From Polyangiaceae bacterium (GTDB lineage: Bacteria > Myxococcota_A > Polyangia > Polyangiales > Polyangiaceae), in NCBI GenBank assembly GCA_965222375.1, contig CBDCTZ010000011.1:512001-576000 (forward strand): a DNA stretch of 64,000 nt, read 5' to 3'. Of the stretch, positions 20,040 through 34,065 are shown in pieces. The position numbers and the translations under genes were made by a program. A model generated the notes under the pieces. It saw only the letters and a program-made list of their open reading frames with translations. It was not told the DNA's origin and made no database searches. Positions within the stretch are counted from its first letter, which is position 1; the number at the start of each line of letters is the position of its first letter.

Positions 20040-21053
20040 GTGGCGAATAGGGTTTGGCGGAGGGGCGGGCTCCTCCTGGCGTTGGTGTTCTGGGCGACAA
20101 CGGCCTCTGCGCAGATCGTGCTCGAGGACGACCTTTCCGGATCGACCAAGGGCCAGCAGCAAGGCGGGCAATTCGTTAGTGGGGGCGGCTGGCAGGCGGG
20201 CAAGCAGATCCATTGGGATGTGGGGTTCGAGGTCACCGAAGGAGGCTTCAGCGTCGAGGTGACGAATTGGAATCCCGACACCACGAGCCCGCAGCATCAG
20301 TTCGCCAAGCAGCACATCATCAACATGTACCAGGCGGCTCACGGTTCGCCGCACAAATCCGATGCGGACAGCCCCAAAGGCGGATTCTTCAACTTTCGCA
20401 CCGGCGCGACCTACGACAATCTGTTCAAGTTCCTTTCCAGCACGGCGGGGTTCAGTCCGCCGCCCAAGGGTCGCTACGAAGTGCGGATCAAGCGGGCGCC
20501 GGGCTTCATCGATCCCAAGAAGACGTACACCATCAAAGTGGAGTGGACCTTGGCTGGAGACATCACGGCCTTCTTGGACGGTACGAACCTCGTGACCCAC
20601 TCCCATGCCGCGCCCTTTCGGCTGCGACACGTGTTCATCGGCACCGACAATGCACCTGCGGGCACCTACGGGCCGCAAAAGGACGTCGTCTACAAGAACC
20701 TGAAAGTGTGGGGTAAAGCCACGCCGGTGCCGGATGCCGGGGCAGGGGGCAGCGCGGGCAGTGCGGGAGCGGGTGGCAATGCGGGAGCGGGTGGCAGCGC
20801 GGGAACTGCTGGTGCGGCTGCGGGTGGCACGAGTGGCAACGCAGGAAGCGGTTGGGCTGCGAATGGCGGCATCGCGGGCAGCGACGCGGGGCTCGGAGGC
20901 AGCTCCGGTGCCATCGCCGGCGGAACCACGGCTGAGGACGACCCCGGGTGCGGCTGCCGCGCGGTGGGCTCGCGCCAAGTGCCCTGGGCTGCCGTGTTGG
21001 GGTTGGCCTTGTTATTCGCGCTGGGGCGGCGTCGGCGAGATTCGCGGCCTTAG
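20040..21053 (+). CDS. secreted MYXO-CTERM protein with beta-sandwich-like domain
   Basis: Signal peptide, Gly linker, DDPGCGCRAVG...TM...RRRR tail. Confidence 0.85.
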   Translation: MANRVWRRGGLLLALVFWATTASAQIVLEDDLSGSTKGQQQGGQFVSGGGWQAGKQIHWDVGFEVTEGGFSVEVTNWNPDTTSPQHQFAKQHIINMYQAAHGSPHKSDADSPKGGFFNFRTGATYDNLFKFLSSTAGFSPPPKGRYEVRIKRAPGFIDPKKTYTIKVEWTLAGDITAFLDGTNLVTHSHAAPFRLRHVFIGTDNAPAGTYGPQKDVVYKNLKVWGKATPVPDAGAGGSAGSAGAGGNAGAGGSAGTAGAAAGGTSGNAGSGWAANGGIAGSDAGLGGSSGAIAGGTTAEDDPGCGCRAVGSRQVPWAAVLGLALLFALGRRRRDSRP

Positions 21054-21134
21054 CGCGGCGTCGGCGATGACGTCCCGTCGAACAGTGGTCAGCGGGGTTG
21101 CATTGTCCTCCCAAGCGACACACCTTGCGACCTC

Positions 21135-22055
21135 ATGACACCAATTGAGCGCGCGATGGTCGCGCTGGAACGTTTGTCGGTAGGGGACGCGTTCGGAGAG
21201 ACCTTCTTCGGTCCGGTGCGAACCGCGCTGCAACGCATTGAGGCAAGAGCGTTGCGCGACGGGCCATGGCCGTACACCGATGACACAGAAATGGCGGTAT
21301 CGATCGTCGGGGTTCTGCGCGACTTTCAGAGCATCAACCAGGATGAGCTGGCCAGGCGTTTCGCAGAAAACATGAGCCCGCACCGTGGATACGGCGCTGG
21401 CGCGTACAAATTGTTGAGTCAGGTCGACTATGAAGACAACTGGGCGCAGCTTTCTCGAGGCGCGTTTCAGGGCAAAGGATCGTTCGGAAACGGATCGGCA
21501 ATGAGAGTTGCACCGGTTGGTGCGTACTTCGCGGATGACCTAGCGAAAGTGGCGCACCAGGCGCGTATGTCCGCAGAGCTAACGCATGTCCATGCTGAAG
21601 GGATCGCAGGCGCCATCGCTGCCGCTGTTGCGACAGCACTTCTGACTCATCGTTCAGGGAAGAAGGAGCCGGCAGGGAGAAGGCTGCTTGAAGAGGTCAG
21701 GGACCACACACCGAAGGGATACACACGCGACGGACTTGTTGAAGCCCTGGGTTTGCCTGGCGACGTGAGTCTTGTTGATGCAGTGCGCGCCCTAGGCAAC
21801 GGCGCACGGGTGACCGCGCCCGATACTGTGCCACTCTGCGTGTGGGTCGCAAGTCGTAGGTCCCACAACTACGAGGAAGCGATGTGGGAGACCGTAAACG
21901 CCCTCGGTGATCGTGACACCACATGCGCCATCGTTGGTGGGATGGTGGTGATGCAAACTGGCGTGCAAGCGATCCCATCGGCGTGGAGTGCGGCTCGCGA
22001 ACCGATTCCAAACATGAAGCTGGTGACGGAATTGGAGAAGCGCTTTTTCGGATAG
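21135..22055 (+). CDS. ADP-ribosylglycohydrolase family protein
   Basis: VGDAFG, YTDDTEM, GNGSAMRVAP, LTH, GDRDTTCAIVG. Confidence 0.92.
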   Translation: MTPIERAMVALERLSVGDAFGETFFGPVRTALQRIEARALRDGPWPYTDDTEMAVSIVGVLRDFQSINQDELARRFAENMSPHRGYGAGAYKLLSQVDYEDNWAQLSRGAFQGKGSFGNGSAMRVAPVGAYFADDLAKVAHQARMSAELTHVHAEGIAGAIAAAVATALLTHRSGKKEPAGRRLLEEVRDHTPKGYTRDGLVEALGLPGDVSLVDAVRALGNGARVTAPDTVPLCVWVASRRSHNYEEAMWETVNALGDRDTTCAIVGGMVVMQTGVQAIPSAWSAAREPIPNMKLVTELEKRFFG

Positions 22056-22107
22056 CAAGCCTAGCGATCAAGTGTTGACAGATGGTGCTAGGCTGACAGA
22101 GCTGGTC

Positions 22108-23322
22108 ATGCCTGATCTCGACTACTCCGCTTCACCGCTGCAAGTTCGCTCTGACATCGAAGCGGCGCATCGCGCGGCGTGGGAGCAACTTGGCGAGCCG
22201 GGCACTTGGCTGACGGGCGCAGAGCGTGTGGCGGTGGCGGCGGAGACTCGCGCGGCGGCGAGTTGTGTCGGTTGCTCGGAGCGCAAGGCGGCGCTGTCGC
22301 CCTATGCAGTCGAAGTGGACCACGAAGTGGCGGGGGATCTGCCGCCGGCGTGGGTCGAAGTCGTGCACCGGGTGCGTACGGATGCGGGGCGGCTCAGCAA
22401 GAGGTTCTACGACGAGGCGCTTTCGAGCGGAATCAGCGAAGAGCAGTACGTCGAGATCCTCGGCGCGCTGGTACGGGTTACCAGTATCGACACCTTTTGC
22501 GAGGCCCTGGGGTTGCCGTTGCATGCTCTGCCACAGCCGCAGCCCGGCGAACCTTCGCGCCACCGTCCCTCCGGAGCGAAGCAAAACGGCGCCTGGGTGC
22601 CAACCCTGGCGCCGAAGGATGCACGCGGACCGGAGGCGAACCTGTATCCGCCGACGTTGCCCGGAATGCCGGTGCCGAACGTTGCCCAGGCGCTGACTCT
22701 CGTACCCGACGAGATGCGTGCCGTCGCTCGGATGTCCGCGGTTCAATATGCCTCCCCCAGTCGCCTGATGGACATGTGTTTTCGCCGTGCCCTGAGCCGT
22801 CCTCAAATGGAGTTCATCGCAGCTCGGGTGTCCGCGCTCAATCAGTGTTTCTATTGAACCACGGCGCATGCCGAGCTGCTCCGGGCGAGCGGTGAGTTGA
22901 GTGAGGGCGGTGTCGACCTGGATGCGGTCAAGGGAGGCATGGCGACGTCGAGCGTCGATGGCGGAGCCGTGCTGAACGACTACGTCGAGGCCGTGGTTGG
23001 CGGACAAGATAGTGAAGCGCCGAGGGAGCGCGTGCGCGATTCCTTGGGGCCCGAGGCCACTGTGGATGCCGCGGCGGTCATCGCGAACTTCTCGATGATG
23101 GTGCGCATCGCAGACGGCGCGGGCATCGCCCTGGACGACATGCTCCAAGTCGTCACCCAGGGTGTTCAGGAGAAGCTGGCGCTGAAAGACTTCGCGGCCT
23201 CCGCCAATACGCCCACCCGCGGTCGGGGCTTTCAGTTGTTGTCGCGGGTGGTGACGCCAATCGCGCAGCGCGCGTTTCCGCTGGTGAGTCGATTGGCAGC
23301 ATGCAGCGGCCGCACCCGCTGA
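22108..23322 (+). CDS. AhpD-like alkylhydroperoxidase-related selenoprotein (UGA 22855-22857 read as Sec)
   Basis: LSRPQMEFIAARVSALNQCFY-TGA-TTAHAELLRASG continues in frame to ..VIANFSMMVRIADGAG; CxxU motif. Confidence 0.85.
22875..22893 (+). promoter_or_regulatory. bacterial SECIS-like hairpin
   Basis: GCTGCTC-CGGGC-GAGCGGT; G-containing loop starts 24 nt after the UGA. Confidence 0.6.
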
Positions 23323-23359
23323 AGAGCGGGCTATAGTCCCGGGCGGAGGTACGGAAGCC

Positions 23360-24511
23360 ATGACTCGCAGCGCCAAATCCATGCGGAGCTTCTACTTGGC
23401 CACGACCCTAGCGGCGCTTTCTTGCGCGCAACCCCACGCGCCAACCACGCCGCCCGCGCCGAGCCCCGCGTCGGCGCCGAGTCCCGAGCCCCAGCCGGTA
23501 GCGGCTGCCAGCCCGTCGCCGGCACCCCTAGTCGCGGAAGAGCCGGCGCCGGTGGAGCAGGACAGCGGTCCCCTGGAAGTTCGCACCCCTGAGCGCGAAG
23601 CGTGTCGAATCCGTGAAAAGAAGTACCGCTCTCAGTACGACGGCGGGCTGCGCTTCCGTTTCGGCGGAGAGCGCTTTGCGCGCATCGACGGCGCGCCGAC
23701 GACTCTGGTGCTGAGCGAAGGCTCGGACGCGCCTGCGGCCGTTGCGGTGGTCGACGTTCCGGAGCTACTCCTTCGCGGGCTCGTCCCGCGCGACGAGGTG
23801 TTGCTCTATGCGGCCAAGCCGACGCCGCTCGCGCGCTTCGTGTGGCCGCTGGCCGACACCGCGCTGCCGCTGCTTGCCGGCGAGCCCGACAAGGCTCGAG
23901 TCGGCATTGATGTCAGCAAGACCTTCGCTCAGCCCCAGCGCGCCGAAGAGTCGCTGCCGTGCAACGAGCTGCGCCTGGTTGCGCAGAAGTACGATGTGCG
24001 CCGGAAGCTGACGGGCGGAAAGAAGCTCAAGCGCATGTTGCTCGAGAAGGGTGGCCCGCTGTCCGACAAACCCGGAGGGCCGCCGGTGGCGCAGGTCAAG
24101 CCGGGCATGGACGTGGAGGTTCGGCAGATCCACGGCAAGAACGCACGGATCGTGATCACCGGTATCGGCTACTTGGCGACGGGTTGGGTCGAGCGCTATC
24201 GCCTGCGCCCCTTTGTTGGTTCGGTTCCCGGGCCCGGAATGGGCTACGGCACCGGGCGAGGGTATCTAGCCGGTCGCGGCACTCGCTACTCTTGCCCCAA
24301 GGAGGTTGTCCTCCACGTCTACTTCAAGGGCGAGTCGGCGAAGGTTGGCATGCTTCGCCCCAAAGCCGTCTTCCGCAGGTCCTCTTCGAAAGCCGGGGAT
24401 CTCGCTGGGATCAGCTTGGTGGGGTCGCGGTGGCTGGTCCTGATGAAGGGCGCGGTGCTGGCTCTGAGCGCGGCGGACTACGCCACCTGCACCGCGGGCG
24501 GGGGCCGCTGA
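23360..24511 (+). CDS. hypothetical lipoprotein (Pro-rich linker, SH3-like segment)
   Basis: Lipobox ALSC; ..ATGWVE.. Confidence 0.75.
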   Translation: MTRSAKSMRSFYLATTLAALSCAQPHAPTTPPAPSPASAPSPEPQPVAAASPSPAPLVAEEPAPVEQDSGPLEVRTPEREACRIREKKYRSQYDGGLRFRFGGERFARIDGAPTTLVLSEGSDAPAAVAVVDVPELLLRGLVPRDEVLLYAAKPTPLARFVWPLADTALPLLAGEPDKARVGIDVSKTFAQPQRAEESLPCNELRLVAQKYDVRRKLTGGKKLKRMLLEKGGPLSDKPGGPPVAQVKPGMDVEVRQIHGKNARIVITGIGYLATGWVERYRLRPFVGSVPGPGMGYGTGRGYLAGRGTRYSCPKEVVLHVYFKGESAKVGMLRPKAVFRRSSSKAGDLAGISLVGSRWLVLMKGAVLALSAADYATCTAGGGR

Positions 24512-24580
24512 AGGACTCGGGGACGCACGGGGTTCCCCCAGGAGCTTTCGTTTGGTCGGTGTCGCAGCTACCTTTGTCGA

Positions 24581-25828
24581 GTGAAACACTTGCTGCTTTG
24601 CGTATTGGCGCTCAGCCTGGGGACGACTGGCTGCAGCGACGATGATTCAGGCGGCAATACCGGTGGCGCTTCCAGTGGCGGTACTGCGGGCATGGGTGGA
24701 AGCGCGGGTGCAGCTGGTGCTGGTGGCGCGAGCGGAGCAGCGGGCCACGGCGGCGCTGCCGGCGCGTCCAACGCTTTGTTCCAGCCAGGACCCAACGGTG
24801 TCGGCTATCGCGAGGCGACGGTGGACTACACGCCCAAGGGCTCGACGGAGAAGCGCAGCCTCGAGCTGGAGATCTGGTACCCCGCGAAAGCGGGCAGCGC
24901 GAGCCTCGTCACCTACGAAGTCGCGGGCATCGTCCAGATAACGTCGAAGGTGGCCATGGATGCTCCCGCCCCAGAAGGCACCGGGCTACCCGTGCTCGCC
25001 TACTCCCACGGCAACGCGGGCGTCGGCTTGGTTGGCTACTCCATCGGCGAGCACCTCGCGTCCCATGGCTTCGTGGTGATCGCTCCGGACCACACCGGCA
25101 ATACGGTGCTCGACGGTAGCAACGACTACGGCGAAAACTTGCTGTATCGACCCCAAGACGTCAGCGCCAGTTTGGACTTCTTGGAGAGCGGACTCGGCGG
25201 GGACCCCCTCGACAAGGTGAGCGATCTGTCTCGCGTCATGGTCGTTGGCCACAGTTTTGGCACCTACTCTACATTCTCAGTGGCGGGCGCCAAGCTCGAC
25301 GTGGCCAACCTGATCGCCAATTGCGCGACGACGAACAGCTGCACGACGGTGAACAAGCCCGAAGTTCAGGCCGCGCTCTCCGCCGGCTTTGCCGATCCTC
25401 GCGTGGACGCCATCGTGCCCCAATCTCCCATCGTGCCGTTGGTGTACGAGGCCGGAAGCTTGGCAGGCATCACCGTGCCGACCTTCATGATGTCTGGCCG
25501 GCTGGACATCACCACCACCCACGAACTGACCGCGAAGCCGACCTGGGCAGAGCTCGATGGCGCGGAAGATCTGTGGCTCGATGTTCAAAAGGGTGGCCAC
25601 TACACCTTCATCACCGTGTGCGACGATGCGCCCCCGGCGTTGCTGGCAACCCTCAACGCAGCCGAAGACGGCTGCAATAGCGATTTCATCCCCGTATCCG
25701 AGGCCGTGCCAGTGCTCAACGCCTACATCTTGGGCTATGCCCGCGCTCAGGTCCTCAACGAGAGCCCATGGCGAGATGTCGTGCGGGGGCCGGCGTTTTC
25801 GCCAGGCTTCACTCTACAAACCAAGTAA
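24581..25828 (+). CDS. alpha/beta hydrolase lipoprotein (predicted dienelactone hydrolase/PAF-AH-like)
   Basis: IWYPA, YSHG, LASHGFVVIAPDH, RPQDV, GHSFG, GGHYTF. Confidence 0.9.
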   Translation: MKHLLLCVLALSLGTTGCSDDDSGGNTGGASSGGTAGMGGSAGAAGAGGASGAAGHGGAAGASNALFQPGPNGVGYREATVDYTPKGSTEKRSLELEIWYPAKAGSASLVTYEVAGIVQITSKVAMDAPAPEGTGLPVLAYSHGNAGVGLVGYSIGEHLASHGFVVIAPDHTGNTVLDGSNDYGENLLYRPQDVSASLDFLESGLGGDPLDKVSDLSRVMVVGHSFGTYSTFSVAGAKLDVANLIANCATTNSCTTVNKPEVQAALSAGFADPRVDAIVPQSPIVPLVYEAGSLAGITVPTFMMSGRLDITTTHELTAKPTWAELDGAEDLWLDVQKGGHYTFITVCDDAPPALLATLNAAEDGCNSDFIPVSEAVPVLNAYILGYARAQVLNESPWRDVVRGPAFSPGFTLQTK

Positions 25829-25838
25829 GAAGAAGACC

Positions 25839-26915
25839 ATGCATCCTGGAGCTCATCCCCACGCCGCCTTCAAGCCCGAACCGGGCTTTGTCTATTCCAA
25901 GGGCCCGCGTCGCGTGTATTGGGAGCTGACTCGCGCGTGTGGACTGGCATGCCTGCATTGCCGCGCGGAAGCGCAGAAGGTGGCCACGCCGGATGAGCTC
26001 GACACCGAAGAAGCGTTTGCGCTGCTGCGAACGCTGACAAACGCCAAGCCGGTTCCGGTGGTCGTACTGACCGGTGGGGACCCCCTCGAGCGCGCCGACT
26101 TCTTCGAGATCATGAAGTACGCGAAGAGCCTCGGCTTGCACGTCGATGTCGCGCCGAGTGTCACGCCGAAACTCACCGAGGCCGCGGTGAAGCGTTTGGC
26201 AGCCGAGGGTGTGGGCGCCATGTCTCTGAGCCTCGACGGTTCCGACGCTGCACGTCACGATGGCTTGCGCGGGATCCCAGGTGTCTTCGACCGCACTCTC
26301 GAGGCCGCTCAGCTAATTGCCGACGCGCAGATCCCGCTGCAGGTCAACACGTTGGTGACCGCGAAGACCTTGCCGGACATGCCCGCCATTCACGAAGTGG
26401 TCAGCACCATGAGCGCGAAGCGTTGGAGCCTGTTCTTTCTCGTGACGACGGGTCGAGGTTCGCTTCTGCCGCAGATCGAGCCCGAGCAGGCCGAGACATT
26501 CTTCGACTGGCTGATCGAGATGGGACCCAAATCCCCCTTCGTCATTGCAACGACCGAAGCGCCGCAGTACCGGCGCTACCTGTTGGAGAAACGTGGTGGT
26601 GAAGACAAGCGCGTTCCGGGTGCAGGCATGCGCGATGGCAATGGCATCATGTTCATTTCCTGCAAGGGCGAAGTGATGCCCTCGGGTTTCCTGCCATTGA
26701 GTGCCGGAAATGTGCGGGAGACCGACGCGCTGGAGATCTACCGAAGCTCCGAGCTGTTCACGAAGCTTCGCAATACCTCGGCATTCTCCGGGCGCTGCGG
26801 CGCCTGCGATCACAAGGATGTGTGTGGCGGTTCCCGGGGTCGAGCCTACGCGGCTACGGGGGATCCTCTCGCTGAGGATCCACTCTGCCGCTACGAGCCC
26901 GCCGCGGCGGAGTAG
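25839..26915 (+). CDS. radical SAM/SPASM protein (Ahb/NirJ-related, TIGR04053-like)
   Basis: WELTRACGLACLHCRA; TGGDPL; PSGFLP; CGACDHKDVCGGSRGRAYA..DPLC. Confidence 0.9.
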   Translation: MHPGAHPHAAFKPEPGFVYSKGPRRVYWELTRACGLACLHCRAEAQKVATPDELDTEEAFALLRTLTNAKPVPVVVLTGGDPLERADFFEIMKYAKSLGLHVDVAPSVTPKLTEAAVKRLAAEGVGAMSLSLDGSDAARHDGLRGIPGVFDRTLEAAQLIADAQIPLQVNTLVTAKTLPDMPAIHEVVSTMSAKRWSLFFLVTTGRGSLLPQIEPEQAETFFDWLIEMGPKSPFVIATTEAPQYRRYLLEKRGGEDKRVPGAGMRDGNGIMFISCKGEVMPSGFLPLSAGNVRETDALEIYRSSELFTKLRNTSAFSGRCGACDHKDVCGGSRGRAYAATGDPLAEDPLCRYEPAAAE

Positions 26916-27112
26916 GCCGCCCTTCGCTCTCGCTGACGAAAGTCATTTCCTTGCCGCGAATGGAAGCCGCTGCGAACAGCTAGCGCGACTGACGTGAACG
27001 CGAGTGCCAACCACCGACGTGGTTGGATATGCCACACACTCCCACACCGCTGCTCCCATGACCGCCATCCACCGTCCGTGGTACGCTGACGCCAGGGTGG
27101 AGGTAGAACGAG

Positions 27113-30898
<3,786 letters not shown>

Positions 30899-30899
<1 letters not shown>

Positions 30900-32350
30900 T
30901 GACGGATCGACGGCGCCCGCTCGTGCTACTCGTGCTGCTCACTAGTGTGGGCTGCGGCTGTAGCGAGGACGACGGTGCCGCACCCAATCCGGGTGGTGGC
31001 GGGGTTGCTTCGGGCGGTGCTGCGGGTAGCGGTGGCCTCGTCTGGAGCGGTGGGACCTCGGGTGCAGTCGCGAGCGGGGGAAATGGTGGCAGTGGCAACA
31101 ACGGCGGCTGCGGGTCACAACCCTTGCCGAAGGAGGTGCCGGTGGGGTTCCAGGAGTACACGGGCTACTCCTGCGGCTGTCGCTTCTACGTGCCCGGACC
31201 TGGCGCCAAGGCGCTCGACCCGGTGGAGTGGGAGCCCTGCCCAGAGCCCGGGCCGATTGGTGTGTCCTGCCGGCGAATGAAAACGTCGTGGACGGCGAGT
31301 AGTGGGGCCATGCGGCTCCACCCGAAGTTCTGGTACGACGAGGCAACCAAGGAGGTGGTGTTGCAGTTCGCACGCCTCCGTCTGGTCGATAGCACCAACG
31401 CTGTGCGTCACAGCGTCGTGGCCGAAGCGGATGGCGTGGTGCGCAACGCGTTCGTGGAGGTGGGGCTCGGCTGTTCCCTCGCTGACCGAGGCGTGCAGGG
31501 CGGCAAGTTCCTGTTCGGTGCGGTCGGTGACTTCAATAGCGGCGAGGTCAAGGGAACCGAGGGGTTCGTGGGCGGCGCCATTGGTCACCTTCCCGACGCT
31601 TCCTACCAGCAACCTCTCGAGCAGTACAACCACACCAGCTGGCGCATGACCAGCGAGTGGATCATCCGTTGGAAGAGCGGACTATTCGGCCGGCGATTCG
31701 ACAGTCCGGGTGCCGAGGTGACGATCTTCGACCCGAGCAAGGATGTGGAGGGATTGCCTCCGTACAACGTGCAGGGCGTCGGACCCACGGTCTTGTTTCG
31801 TGTTGGCTCTGGAGTTGCGTCTGGAGTCATGGCGTGGACGGAGAAGACGGGTGCGCAGCCGTTGATTCGCTACCCCGGAGACTACACCCGCGCCGCTGCC
31901 AACTTCGGGACCGACGGCAGCGATCTGGTCTGGACCCATGGCGAAGGCACGTTCACGACCGCCACGGGCAAGTTCAGCACGCAGTCAGTCATGACCGCTC
32001 CGTTCTCGACGGACCAGGCCACGGTTGAGACGACGGCGCGGCGCCTCAGGTCCGATCCCGGACCGCTCATTCCGACGGGCTTCGCAGTGGGCGTGGGCTA
32101 CGCCGCACGTCAGGTGGACACCTGGGTAGGCGGCGCCGACAAGATTACGAAGGATCTGCTGGTCGTTCGGCTCGCGGACGGGGTCTCCTGGCTCGTGAAG
32201 ATGCCCTCCATTCTCAAGGGCGCCGGTTTCGACGAGCCGCTCGGTTTCAGCAACGACGAGGTCTTTTCCACCGCACAGTTCCCCGACGATTCCACCACCA
32301 TCGTGCGCATTCGTCTCGACTCCCTCGGACCGGGAACGCCGCCGGACTAG
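30899..32350 (+). CDS. lipoprotein with predicted beta-propeller-like domain, translationally coupled to the upstream gene
   Basis: TGATG overlap; MTDRRRPLVLLVLLTSVGC; C-terminal TIVRIRLDSLGPG. Confidence 0.85.
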
Positions 32351-33099
32351 TGCCTTGCTGGGAAGGGTCTTTGGCAAGGTCGAGCCTACCAATAGCTTCA
32401 GCCGCGGCGACTAGCGTAGTGTTGCTGTCGTGCGTGGGTGCAAGCACGAGCGAGACGCGGCGGTTGATCACCAGCGACTCGAAGTTCGTGCACAGTTGCC
32501 AAGAGCAGCAGGATGCAACGGTTACCCCGCGTGCAGATGGGGTGGACGTCCGCGTGCGCGAGCTTCGGCGGTGCGCCAAGGGTACAGTTGACACCCAGCA
32601 GGTGAGAATCACGCGTTCCGAGCAACCTCCGCTCGCCGTCATGCTAGTCGACTTGGGAGTGATCCTTGGCGGGGCCGCTTTGCTGGGTGCTCGTGATGCG
32701 CGTCCGGAGCTCCGGTACGGTGTGCCGCTTGTAGCCATTCCCGTCGGCACGGTGCGACTGCTCTACGACCTCAGCCTGATCAGCACCCACGAACGCGTTG
32801 AACTGTTCCGCGATGACAGCCGACTGAAGCGCACGACGGACCGGGGTCCGGCACCCAGTCGCAAGGTGCACCTACGCCTGCCCGACGGTCGCCTCGTCAC
32901 TGGCACGACCGCCGAAGATGGTTGGGTCCGGTTGATGCTCCCCGAAGACGCCAATCAAGCTAGCGGCCTCACCGCACTCTTGGTCACCGGTGGCGTTCGC
33001 AAGCGGGTCAGCTTTCCGCCCCGCGCCAAGCCTGCGCCAGATGGCAAGGCGCCTGAGCAACGGCCGGCACCAGGGCCGTCAAATGGTGCGAGCAAGTGA
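32350..33099 (+). CDS. hypothetical membrane-associated lipoprotein
   Basis: TAGTG overlap; LLSC lipobox; two internal hydrophobic segments. Confidence 0.6.
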   Translation: MPCWEGSLARSSLPIASAAATSVVLLSCVGASTSETRRLITSDSKFVHSCQEQQDATVTPRADGVDVRVRELRRCAKGTVDTQQVRITRSEQPPLAVMLVDLGVILGGAALLGARDARPELRYGVPLVAIPVGTVRLLYDLSLISTHERVELFRDDSRLKRTTDRGPAPSRKVHLRLPDGRLVTGTTAEDGWVRLMLPEDANQASGLTALLVTGGVRKRVSFPPRAKPAPDGKAPEQRPAPGPSNGASK

Positions 33100-33163
33100 G
33101 CGGTGCACCTGCTCGCACCGCGACCGACGGTAGAAGCCCCCAGATTGCAGCAGGGCGTCGGCC

Positions 33164-33264
33164 AGCGGGTTGCGGCAATGCCCTGCAAGACCGCCGACTG
33201 CCTGGCCGCCAGCTAGCGGGTTGCGGCAATGCCCTGCAAGACCGCCGACTGCCTGGCCGCCAGC
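33164..33264. repeat. perfect 51-bp-period tandem duplication (2 copies)
   Basis: AGCGGGTTGCGGCAATGCCCTGCAAGACCGCCGACTGCCTGGCCGCCAGC at 33164 and 33215. Confidence 0.95.
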
Positions 33265-33552
33265 GAAACAACGAGATGTTCTTGCCGTGGAGGTGATGCA
33301 TGGCTTGCGTAGCATGCTGCACCAAGACTTGATGCGGCCCCGGCGAACCTCGCCGAACTGTCGATGACGAATCGGGTGTGCCATCCCCCCGCAAAAAAAA
33401 CACAGCTGAGACCAAGGCAGGTCTTTTGGGGGTTCCTGATTGGGGGCAACGGCCCAGGCTGAGCTCCGCGCGGTCAGTTGCGTGCTCGGCCGCGGGCCTG
33501 CGCCGCCGCGGCCCCCCAAACTCGGGCTTCGCCCGAGTGGAGGGCCTGTTCT

Positions 33553-33662
33553 TGCGGTTCGGCGCGGTTGCACGCAGCCCCAAAGCACCCCAGTGCGACA
33601 ATTGGCGGCTGCTTTGTGCGGTTTGGCGCAGTTGCACGCAGCCCCAAAAGCACCCCAGTGCG
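33553..33662. repeat. ~45-bp direct repeat pair with a 19-bp spacer
   Basis: TGCGGTTYGGCGCRGTTGCACGCAGCCCCAAA(A)GCACCCCAGTGCG at 33553 and 33617. Confidence 0.9.
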
Positions 33663-33699
33663 GAACCTGGAGCGGCTCATGTGGCGCGGCGTGCTCCGT

Positions 33700-34056
33700 T
33701 TACTTGTCGAGCGCCAGTCGGAAGACGAGACCGCCTGGTGCATGCAAATACACGTGGCTCTTGTCGACGTAGTCGATGCGGCGCGCGCCGAGCTTGGTCA
33801 AACGCTCGACGCTGCCGTCCACGTCGTCCACCAGGAACTCCAACCATGGCGCCTTGAGGCCATCATCGTCGGAGAGGGCGTCCGCGGCATCGGTGTAGTA
33901 GATGCCAATGTTGAAACCGTCCTCGAGCAAGTAGAGCTGCATCTGCTCCGTTGCTGGCTTGCTTTGACAACCGAGGCCTTCGGTCATCATGGTGTGCAGT
34001 TTGTCGCGCACCTCTTTGCGCGCGGTTACCTTCATGTTGCGTCCGAAATTTGCCAC
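33700..34056 (-). CDS. VOC/glyoxalase-like protein
   Basis: WLEFLVDDVD...YLHAPGGLVFRL. Confidence 0.8.
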   Translation of the reverse strand: MANFGRNMKVTARKEVRDKLHTMMTEGLGCQSKPATEQMQLYLLEDGFNIGIYYTDAADALSDDDGLKAPWLEFLVDDVDGSVERLTKLGARRIDYVDKSHVYLHAPGGLVFRLALDK

Positions 34057-34065
34057 AGTCTCACC

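Noticed and set aside
21135..22055. ADP-ribosylation toxin-antitoxin or defence system
   Set aside because: No ADP-ribosyltransferase or other defence partner is recognisable next to the hydrolase
25839..26915. RiPP maturase cluster
   Set aside because: The sequence fits the Ahb/NirJ-related group; no precursor peptide, RRE partner or transporter is nearby
33553..33662. mini-CRISPR
   Set aside because: Only two repeats with a 19-bp spacer and no cas context
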